A stretch of DNA of 64,000 nt from Callorhinchus milii (taxonomy: Eukaryota): contig NW_024704761.1 in assembly GCF_018977255.1 (NCBI RefSeq), positions 9,734,001-9,798,000 of the forward strand, read 5' to 3'. The translations under genes were made by a program, and so were the position numbers. Of this stretch, positions 12,801 through 24,800 are shown piece after piece (position 1 is the stretch's first letter; every line of letters starts with the position of its first letter). The notes beneath the pieces were generated by a model. That model made no database searches, had not been told where the DNA came from, and was given only the letters and a program-made list of their open reading frames with translations.

Positions 12801-15800
12801 GCCGGGGAGAATAGTGTTAAGGAATCATTAAAATCCAATGGAACATGCAGAGAAGACATCAGTTTGGTGTTTCATCCTAAAGATGGCACGTTCAACAATG
12901 CAATACCTTCTATTGAATTAGAGTTCCGGCCGAGTTCAACTGTAAGTTCAAGTCCTGACACCTTTGCTGGTGAAGCTAATTCCTCTGTTTCTTCCTGTTC
13001 AGTGGTCAGAGTGGGTCGGGGAAGACTGAAGTAGCTAAGCTGATCATTCACTACCTGACTACACTTTATCAGGAAGCCAGAGACGAAGGAACCTGTCAGG
13101 TCAGAGAGAGCCATGTGATTCTAGTTAGATGTGACTACTAATGTTTGCTTCAAATCCCAGTAATAACAGTAACTTAATTGTCACAGAATGATAGTAAATT
13201 GCTCACAAAGTGAATGACCAATTTTCTAGGGGATTATTGATCAGGACACTGGGAGAAACTCCCTTCCCTTTTCAAAGAGTGTCTCGGGATCTTTAACATC
13301 CACCAGAATGAGCAGACGGAATCTTGATTTAATGTCTCACCTGAAGGACAGCATCTCTGACACTGAAGCTCTCTCCTCGCACAACACTGGAGTGTCAACT
13401 GAGACTAGTCTTGAACTCCAAGTATTTAAAATTTTAGGTTCTAGTTGTTACATGGAATAATTGTTCAAAGTAATGCTTGGTGTTGCCTTGGGTCCAGAAT
13501 GAATGCCACTTTGCCCTCATTCTCTGGAACTCTCTTTCTAAATCCCTCTACCTCACACCTGTCCTCTCTGCTTTCAAAACACATCTAAAACCTACCTCTT
13601 TGACTATACCTTTGGCTAATTCCTTCTTTCCCCTTAATTCCTAGACTGCACCCTACAGGCTCTCACTCCATCTCTGTGAAATGCTTTCATAGAATCATAG
13701 AATCGTACAGCACGAAAAGAGGCCATTCGGCCCATCGAGTCTGTGCCGGCTCTTTGAAAAGAGCAATGTAATATCAATCTCACTCCCCAACTCTTTCCCC
13801 ATAACCCTTTGAGAAGTTTTCCTATGCAAAATCTGTTACATAAGTCCAAGTTGTTATTGATGAGTATGAGAGTATTCAAAAAGTTGAGAGTAAGTTGGTG
13901 CTTACTTATTCTCCACCTCAAGTGAAAGATGTTCCGTGTTGTTTCTTACCACAGACAGCAGAGGTGTTTCCCATCCTGGAAGCCTTTGGGAATGCTAAAA
14001 CTGTCCTGAACAATAACTCCAGTAGGTTTGGAAAATTTTTATGGATTCATGTCCGTGAGTAAGTAACATTGGATCTGACTCTTATTTTATTGCTATTGTG
14101 ATCAGTTTTACTGGGACAGGCAGAGAGCCAATCTCTTCTGGGCCTGGCATCTCGTTCACAGTTATGCCACAAACCTGATGCATCCCATGTGTAAAAATAT
14201 CTTTAAACATATGCTCTGTGGTCTTATCCCTTGCCAACCACTAACACATTCAATCCCATTATACATGCAAAACAAAATGATTGCTAGTGTTAGCATGATA
14301 ATCTGTTTTATCGCCATTGCAGGCTTTTCAAAAGTTGATTGATATGAAGGTGACTTAATTATAGATGACTTCTCCTGATTGTGGTTCTAAGGCCTTTACA
14401 GACCAGAAAGGTTCAATTCTTGGTTTGGGCTGAGTTAACAATAATCCTTACAATTGATATCCTCCGACATAAAAGGCGCTATACAAATGTAATCTTCTTC
14501 TTGTTGTTAATATAGCACCTTATCAATTCTTCAAGGCGTCTCAAAGCCCTTCACAGAATATGCTGTAAAGTGTAATGACTGTGTGTTTTGTGGGCGAAAT
14601 GCTGCAGCCAATTTTGCACAGCAGTGTCCCACAAATAGTCGTGGATTGAGTGACCAAACTATTATTCATTTATTTATTTTGTGAAGGGATTATTACCTCC
14701 GGAAAGCGATCAGCCAATTGACTAACAACTGGGTTCCTACTTGCTGCTTGGTAAACAGAGGCGTGTGGAGTAAGGAAACTTGTCTAAGGTTTTGCCCCGC
14801 CGGGAAGCGAACCCAAGGTCCTGTCGCTTGCGAGGCAAGCGCTCTAACCACTACACTACAGGAGTTCCCTGATATCTGCACGCGGTAGCAGTGGACTCAC
14901 AAGAATTGGCAACAGTTTCCCATCAGAAGAGGGGAGAACATTAGAAAAAGGAATGGGATGAAAATTATCTTTTATTAATCAGTGCACAGAATCCAGAGAG
15001 CCTGCATTCCTGGTGTTGGAGTGTAGTAGTAACACATCTCTCATGGTGCCATGTTCTCAAAATGATCCCACTTCCATCTGAAGCTATATAAGAACACATT
15101 CAAACCACTGCCCAATTATACTGCCATAAACCTGACATAAGAACATAAGAACTGGAAAGGAGAAACTTTACCCATGTGCCAGTGGAATGACTGCACATGG
15201 TAAGGTTTATTGGAGTATAAAGTATAAAAGTGTTAATAATCCTTTAAAAAAAACTATTAATAATAATAATTTGGTCACTTCAATCCACGACTGTTCGTGG
15301 GACACTGCTGTGCACAATTGGCTGCCACATTTCGCCCACAAAATATACAATCAATTCACTTTATAGTATATTCTGTGAAGCGCTTTGAGACATCTCGAAG
15401 ACCTTATAAGGCACTGTATCAAATGCAAGGATTATTATTATTAAAAATGGTTCCCTTAGAAAAGCCATTTGCTGGTCATGACTATGTTTACACTTTTGAT
15501 GTCCATTACTGAGGGGAAAAAATGATTTCACAAGCAGAAACATTATTATTCATTCACTGCGGTTTCTGGGAAGGAGAAATCATAGCCATGGTCTGATGTT
15601 TTTGGATCAAAGAGGAATCTCAGGCACCTAACATGAATCTCTGTTTGCACCATCTTTCAGGGGTTGGGTGGTAGGAACCTCAATCTCTCACTATCTGTTG
15701 GAAAAGTCCAGGCTAGTCTTTCAGGTAAGCATAGAAAAGTGGACACTCCCAAAGTGAGGAATGTGATTGAGAAGTGATCTTTAGTAGACCTTGAGCAATC

Positions 15801-18800
15801 CCAATCCATGTGAGGGTGCTATATAAGTGCAAGTTGTTGTGGTTATATACAGAAATACCCGTTAATTTTAAAAAAATGTTAAAATTAGAGAAAAAATTTG
15901 AGTATTATATATTCAGGCTTTTCTATTCTATATCATATTCCAATTCCAGGCACGATCTGGGCATGAAGCAATTGGAATACTATCTCAGTATCCACATCTC
16001 AACTGTTGATCCAGCAATGCTGATGTATCTCAGCCTCACAGTCACAGTGCAATGTTGTCTAGGCCCCTTGGAGTAGAAATTTAAATTGGGTCTACATTTA
16101 CTTATTGACTTAAAATTTCAGCATCTAGAATTTGGCAAATTCTTCAACACAGTCTTAACTTTGAAGTAGGTTTTATGCACATTCCGTTTAAGAACCACAG
16201 AAAAAGGAACTTCAAAGTTAAGATTATATTCAGCAATTTACCAAACTCAGGAAGTCCTGAAATGCTACATTAATAGACTAAATCTAGATTCCGAATAGTT
16301 TCTTACCTGGCTGATTGCTTTTTCCCTTCTGTTCCTCAGGCATGGAATGAACGTAACTACCATGTGTTCTATGAGCTGCTGGCTGGGTTGGATGAGGAAC
16401 AGAAGGAGGAATTGAGCTTGCAGGATTCTGAGACCTATTTCTACCTGAACCAGGTAAGATCATCCTCAGCAATCTGCTCGCCAGGTGCTGTCTGCTTCAA
16501 AAGTCCTCGTCACTACTTATAACCAGGATTGGATCTCAGTATAAAATGTACATTCCCAGAACTTCACACATTAAACAGTGGCGCCTGAACTGTCACATTC
16601 CCAGACTATCACACCTGAACTGAAACTTTCAGCTGTTAATGATCCTGAGGTTAATAAGGTGTGTGGAGAACCTGATCACCAGCCCAATACAGCATTAAGC
16701 TGTTCCTTGAATAAGTCCAGAGTTCTTCCTTCCCTCAACCACCCTTAATGGTCATTTGTTCCAGTTGTAGATTATTCTCTGAGTCTATTTTAAACTTTGT
16801 ATCCTTGAGTTTGTGCTCTCTTGTCCTGCTGCCTTGGAGTTTCTGAAAGTATTGCTCTGGGTTTACAAAATCTCTACAAAGATACTTCTGAGACATGTCT
16901 TATCAAGCCTGAAGCGCTCCAGTTGATATACTCATTCCTCATAGTTCATCCTTTTAGCACTGTGGACCATCCTTGTTGCTCTCCTCTTATTTTAATCTCC
17001 AATATTATATTGTAAATTTAGACCACATTAACGTAAGAGTTGCCAGGTATACAAACAATTTGGATGAAGGCTTATAGGCAAAGACATCAACAAGGCTGGG
17101 AGATGAGTATCTACTGATAACTGTTTATTTTTGGTATAGGGCGGGGCCTGTGAGATCATTGGCAAACACGACCACGATGACTTTGTGCACCTGTTAGGTT
17201 CTCTGGAGAAGATAGGACTTTGGAGGACCAGCGGTGGTTGATGTGGGCCATCTTGTCCTCTATTTTACAACTGGGCAACGTCTGCTTCACATCATATGAG
17301 GTTGGTCAGAATCCTGAGAACTCCCGTCCTGGTGCATTCAACACTGTTCTGCTCCTCTTGGTCCTGTCAAACTTACTCAAAGATTAACTTGTCTAAATGT
17401 AAATAGGCTACTGGCAGATCTATATTAACCTGTGCAACATTAAATGTTGTGTGTGAATGTATTATACAGTGTAATGAAAACAGAAGTCACTGGGAACAGG
17501 CAGCAGGTCAGGCAGCTGCTATGGAGAGAGGAAAATGAGTTAACCTTTCAGGTCGGTGACCTTTCATCAGAACTGGGGGAATGTTGGAAGGGAGCAGATT
17601 ATAAGGTCAAGCAGAGAAGGGGGTAGCGAAAGAAAGATAAAGGAAATATAATATCGTATAATATATGTTCGAATTTGGAATGATCTGCCTGAAAGGGTAG
17701 TGAAGTCCGATTCGATAACAGCTTTCAAGAGAGAACTGGATAGGTATCTGGGGAAGACGGGTTTGCAGGGTTATGGGGAGAAAGCTGGTGATTGGAGTTA
17801 GTGAAAGTGACTTGCTCTGTCAAAGAGCCGCACAGACTCGATGGGCCGAATGGCCTCCTTCTGTGCTGTAACATTCTATGAATTTATGAATCTATGAATA
17901 ATACAGCTCAGTATAATACAGTGTGTTTGGGCTGCACTATGGTTACAGTCTGGCACTGCTCTGAACCCTGATTACAGGTTGGATATAATCTTAAAGTTGT
18001 CACTGTATCATTATGAAATGGTATTCATGACAGTCATTGTTTCTTAGGATGGATTTCAAGAGCTGGCTGCCATTGTGAGTGACACCGAAATACGAATTGT
18101 AGCCAAATTACTGCAAATCTCGTCCGACATGCTTCAGAGTGTCATCACACACAGAGTGACAGTGAGTTGGCCTGTTGTTGATCAACGCGATGAGTTTGCA
18201 TCAGATGACTACTCTGTGCACACGTGCATGTGTTGTGTGTGTGGATATGCAACTGCATATCTGGGTATCAGTGCTTTCCTGTGCATGTCTGTATTTGCGT
18301 ATGTCTATGCATGTAGGTGGTTTGTGATGCATGCCTGTGCCCGTGCATCTCCAGTTGGAACCCATTACGTAAATAGACTGCTGCCAACTCTACATTAACC
18401 TGTGCAACACTAAATGTTGCATGTGAATGCAGCCACTGTCCTTCCGCCATGAAAGGCACGATACCAATGTAATTTTGTATTGTATTTTGTATTATAATAG
18501 TTTTCAGTACAGCATGGATACATGCGGGTTTACCATGGTGCCACTGTATATTGGAAATGTGGTTACCTTCTGCCTGCTGGTGCTGACTGCTTGACTTCCT
18601 GTGTACGAAGTTCGCCTCTCAGTGCTAAGCGGTGTCCCAGGAAGTACTGGAACTTTCTGGGACTGTAAGTGTGGCAAAGGAAGTAATGTCATTGGAGTCT
18701 TGATAACACATGTTGACCTGCAGCCATTTGTTGTACTGTTTGTTGTCACAACTCAATTTTATGGCAATGGCGCACTCCGCAATATAATGAGGCCTGAAGG

Positions 18801-21800
18801 TGTGTGCATGTGCTTTTCAATTAAATATTTCAATTTTAAAACAGTCCTTGATTTAAGTGCTTTCTTTGGTCATGCAGTATCACAGGCTATAGGCACTTCG
18901 GCCCATTTTATCTCATCCTTCCAGAATACCCATCCTACTGTCTTCCTTAAATGGACGATTCTCTGTTCTCAACCTGTCAACCTGGTTTTCCAGTAACCTC
19001 TTCCAATAAGATTGTGTAGCCTGAAGATCATCAAATGCTTTGATGGTCTGGCAAATATTATGGAGGGAGTTGTTGTGCACATACCCATGTATCTGTTGAT
19101 GTGCTTGAGTGTCTGTGTGTGTAAATGATCAGTGCTTCAAATATAATTATTTTTATCATTCTAGGAAACCAGTTACGATCGGATCTTTTCCCCCCTGTCA
19201 GTAGAAAGCTCTATAGATGCCAGGTAATCCAAACTCCCATTACAGAGCTTGTAATAAACCTGCTTTGCGTCCTTCTCAATGATCGCTGCCTATGTTTTCT
19301 GAATTACTGTGTCACTGCCTTTCCTGGGATCTAACCTGTGTTTTGTAGAAAAATATGGATCAATTATCAGTAACAAAGGCAGAAATAAATTGTAAAGTAT
19401 AGCACATACTGTCTGAACATCTCCAACAGGCCTTCAGAATATTGTAGCCAAAGTTCAAAAGCATAACAAATCTTCTTAAAGCTATGTGAACAGTTAGTAG
19501 AGTCATGTTAAGTCGGTTACTTCACTTTTCTTTCTCTTCATCTGTTTTCCTAATCCTGGTCCTGATGCTTTTATACTCCCAGTCTGATGGTTTTACAGTC
19601 CTGATCTAATGGTGTTATGCTCCCAGGCTGACAGTGTTACACTCTCAGACTTTTTTTTTGGTCAGTTGGATGTCTGACATAAGCGGAAACCCATCACTGT
19701 GCTTAAGACTATTCAAACCAAACTGAGAATTCCGTGCATCCCACCTACAAATGGAAATTCCAGAGATAGATTGTTGGAAAGCACACTCTCTCCCTGGAGG
19801 GACACATCCTACTTATCTTGTTCGGGAAAGTATTAGGTGCAGGTTGGCAAGAATCAAGGATTGGGGACCCCGAGAATGTGTGTTAGAGTCTAACCAACTA
19901 AAATTGCACAGCTTGCCATTAATGCTATCAGGCTGATGGTGTTATGATTCCAGGCTGATGTTGTTATAGTCCCAGGTTGTTGGTGTTATGGTCCCAGGCT
20001 GATGGTGTTTTGATTCCAGGCTGATGTTGTTATGCTCCCAGATTGATGGTGTTATGCTCCCAGATGGTTATGGTCTCAGTAATTCTCTGTTTAATTGCTC
20101 AGGGACACCATCGCAAAAGCTCTTTACTCATTGCTGTTTGATTGGCTGGTGCAGCAAATCAACGAGTGGCTGATTCCAGTGGAAATGGACAACTCTGTGG
20201 GGATTGTCGATATCTATGGATTTGAGGTAAAATAAAAAAGAACTGGGTGTTTCAAGATGTGGAGTAGACTGTAATTCATCCAATGCTGCAGTGTCATGGA
20301 TAATGGCTGCTTATTAATGTACCTCTATTTTTGGACCATGTTGTGTGCTACTGATGAATGTGGCTGCAAAGAGAGTTACACAAAAGTGGGAGAAACCGTT
20401 TTACATCTATTAGAACTGCCCTGGGCCTATCTTGAGCCTATGCTCATTCAACTCAAGTCCATTGCATCCAGAGACTGTACAGGTCTTCTTGATGAAAGAC
20501 TGGGGTAGTACATTGTTGAGAAATTCACCTCTGGTTCTTGGTTTGATGGGGTTAATGTCTTCTCTTTCTACTAACTCTAAGCGTGCTAAGCAATAATAAT
20601 AACGATAATAATCCTTGCATTTAATATAGTTCCTTTCACATCAGGAGGATATCTCAGCGTGCTTCACAGGATTTACTGAAAAGTTTGGTGACTGTGTATT
20701 TTGTAGGCAAACACAACAACCAATTTGTGCACAGCAATGTCCCACAAACAGCCGCGAAAAGTGAATGATCCAATTTTATTTGGGGTTTGTTGACTCATTT
20801 CACTTGTTGAATAGTGACATCCACCTGAATAGGCAGGCAGGATTTAGGGTTAACGTTGCATTCAAAGGCCAGTTTGCATGTGTGGACAATCCAAAAGCAG
20901 TTCTTAAGGCACACCACCAGTGAACCCATATAAGAACACCTGAGTGCACTGTTTGTCTAACAACTTTTTTCTACGTCTTTCCTTAGGATTTGGGTGTGAA
21001 CAGCTTCGAGCAGCTGTGCATTAATTTTGCTAACGAGCAGCTGCAGCATTTCTTCACCAGGGCTGTGCTGACACAGGAGCAGGTAACAGAAAGAAAGAAC
21101 TTGCATTTTGCCAGCGCTTTATCTCACCAAAATGTCTCCAAGCACTTCACAGGTAATTATTGACTGTCAGCCATTTCGTGTCACAGTCATATAAATAAAT
21201 ATGAGGTGAAAACCAATTAATCTGGAGACTTGGCTTGTTGGCCAAGGACACTGAGAGACACTCTCTTCACTTTTACTGTCATGGACCGTAATATCCCTGG
21301 AGATGGGACCTCGGTTAAACATTTCACCTTTACTGGCAATACAGCACCTCAGGCAATACACTATTCCTTCAGGACTACACTGGAATGTCAATCCAGACTA
21401 TGTAGCTCAATACCCAAAGTGGTATTTGAACCCACAGACTTATGACCCACAAGCAAGCTACCAACTGAACCAAACTGACTGAAAACTGCAGGAACTTCAC
21501 AGTTTGCCTACAAAATACACAGTCACTACGGTTTGCAATAAATAATTTTATTTATTATTTATTATTGTGTCATGTGGCCTCTGAGCCCACATGACACAAG
21601 TCCTGAAATATTAATACTGAACAATTAAATGTTAGTCTCTCTCTGATTCCTCTTTCTTACCTCCACTGAACTGTGGCCCTCTCCACTCAGGAGGAGTATG
21701 CTCGGGAGCAGATCAGCTGGGCTTTCATTCCTGTCTCCAACAGTCAGAACTGCCTGAACCTCATCACAACCAAACCACATGGAATTCTTTGTATCTTGGA

Positions 21801-24800
21801 CGACCAGACCAGCCTGCCTCAGGTCAGAGATGAAACGTGCATCACAAAACCATATTGTGAGGGTCCAGCAAGCAGCAGATAAAGGTGGTCTAGTAAATAT
21901 GGTTTAAGCGCTCCGAGACACTACCCCACATGATGGGTGCTGTATAAATGCAAGATATTACAGTTATCAGAATCAGTAACACATTGTGGGTTATAATTTG
22001 TGATATTTCTTAATAGGAAATACATATGTAATTGTCATTTTTTTCTAAATGTCAAATGGGCTGAATTTCAAAAAGTATTATCAAATTTATTCTTCAGCAC
22101 AATCAAAGTTCTCGAGCTTTGTTTGACTCGGTTTGTTGCACTCTCACCTCTGAGTCAGAAAGTTGCGAGTTCAAATCCCATATAGGCTGATAATCCAATG
22201 TCGTGCTGGGGGAGTGTCACACTGTCAGAGGTGCATCCGTTTGATCATCACACTTTTTAACTCTTTAACTGAATAATGAAAACAGATAATAATGAGACAT
22301 TATACGAAGATCCTGTCTGCCTGCTAAAGTGGTGCTATAGATTCTGTAAGGAAAGTGAATTTCTCCTGATTTCCTGCACAACAATCCCCATTCAAAATAT
22401 TCAATCATTTCATGGCTGTTTGTGGGGCGTTGTTGAATGCACACTGGTTGTCACATTTGCCTAGAAATAATAATAATCCTTGCATTTGACATAGCGCCTT
22501 ATCACATCTTTGAGACGTTTCAAAGCGCTTCACAGAATATACTGTAAAGTGAATTGACTGTATATTTTGAGGGGAAAATACTGTATTAAATAAACACAAT
22601 TTCTAAGGAATAAACATTTTTCAATGTGAAGAGGCACTATTCAAATGTAAAGATTTTTAAGAAATCTGTTAAGTAACTCAAATTAGACCCCACTTTTACA
22701 CAGAACTATGCAAACACAGAATGAAAATGAAATGTTAGCGAACAATGTAAAGAAGCGAGAAGATTATAAGTGTCGAGTTCTGCTGTGTGAATAATTGCCG
22801 AGTCCAACTTGTTTCATATTTTTATTTTAAGGCAACAGATCATACCTTCCTCCAGAAGTGCCACTATCACCATAGCAATAACCCTTGGTACGTGAAGCCA
22901 AAGCTGCCCCTGCCAGTATTTACAATCCGCCATTACGCTGGCTCTGTGACTTATCAGGTATGTGCAATTACAGCTATATCCAACCTAACAAATCCAGACT
23001 AAAAACCAACATTGCTCTCTTGGAAATAACCTCAAATCCAATATCTCATTGGAGCTATAACTAAACAGATTGAATAGTTATGGGTTCAGCACAAATCATC
23101 TTTGCTTTTGCTGGTGTCTGAATAGATCTGTTCTCATTACTGATGAGATCCATTTGTCTCCTGTTGAGATTATTCAGTTAAAGAGCTAAAAAGTGTGATG
23201 ATCAAATTTATAATATTAGTGAGTGTGCTGATGTAATAATGTGTAATGAATAATATTGATACACAGGTCCATAAATTCCTGGATAAAAACTATGACCAGC
23301 TCCGACCAGACGTGATGGAACTCTTTATACACAGCAGGAATAAGGTTGGTATTGAAGAGCTTCAATTGCAGGAAGAATGAAGGAGAACTTTCATCACAGA
23401 AAGAGTAGATAGGAATGAAGATCATCATTCTCAGTTGGTGTCCAAGTGCTCACGTGTACACAGTTATGCATTATTGGGTAAACCACATATTGCATTGATT
23501 TTAATAGGGAATTGGCTCACTATGATATGCATGTGGTTATAACATGAATTCAGCACAAAATATTGAGCACATAACTTTTGAAAGTTAAAGTTTAATATGG
23601 GGTCCGTAAATTGCTACCTTCCATTCTATCCAGATCAGAATTCTTGACTATTTCAGTTTGGTTTAAACTATTAAGCCTTGATTTAATTACAATTTCCAGT
23701 GTACTCCTGGAATCATTTGGATTTTTTGTGTAACTTTACAAACTTATCTTCCACATATAATATACAGAAAAACCCAGTTATAATATGTTGCTTGGAGCCA
23801 AAATGCCTAACTGCTGGGCTGTCTTATAACTGGGTTCTTTTGTAATATTAGTCAATAGAAAAATCACAAGACTGCAGTGATTCAAAAATTAAGCTATCCT
23901 ATTGTATGTGGAGGGGCTTATTATATTCAAAGGCTGATAAGTCTAAGTTGAAAGTAAGTCTTATCTTGCTATCAATCACATGGTTGTTTTAAATGGAGCA
24001 TTTAATTGTTTTGCACTGAACCTTTTTTTTAAAACCAGATATTCCAGTCTCTATCAGGCTACAATCTTTCTTAATGCTCTTCTGCAGATGATTTCAGATC
24101 TGTTCAAAAACGCACAAGAGGGTCTTCGCCAGCAGAAAATGATTGGCTCGAGGGGCAGGGGGCATAGCTACCAATCGTCAACAGTAGCTGCCAAATTCCA
24201 GCAGAGTCTGCTGGAACTCATTGCTAGACTGGAAAGGTGAGCAACGTGCCCAGCGCCCAAGCCTACAAATACACAGTCACTTTACAATAAATCTTGTTAA
24301 GCACTTTGAGACGTCTCAACGATGTGCTGTGGCTTTATATCAGATGCAAGGATTACTATTGTAATCATATCATAAGATTTAAATTAATTATGATCGAGAT
24401 TCGTCTTGCTGCCAAGTGTGGCCATTTGGCAGCCTGTGTGCTTTGAATCGGAAACCCCCGATAGAATTAGGAGCAAGAGGAGGGAGGTATGGTATCTCAA
24501 TCCAAGTTTGATATGTATCCTAATTGGTAAGATATTCTTGTAACATGCGTCAAAATTAATCCCAGTAATATTGATAATCAAGTCACATAATTAATTTGTG
24601 TAAGTTTACAGTTTTTTGACTTTTCTCAGCTGGCAGTGATCAAAACAAAACCTTATGGTAATTGAAATAAAACTACCTGCACTGACTGGACATTGATTTA
24701 GAGAGCGATGGTTGGCTGATTTACCCTCTTCCCAATCCAAGTATCTATGTAGCATCCATGAGAAAATTACAGACACTGCACTGGAATATCATTTGTACTC

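Noticed and set aside
17239-17241. TGA in exon 10 as selenocysteine
   Set aside because: It arises only in the shifted frame; myosin homology continues in the other frame.
19929-20060. 22-bp repeats as a CRISPR-like array
   Set aside because: Units are contiguous with no unique spacers, there are no cas genes, and the context is a vertebrate intron; it is a minisatellite.
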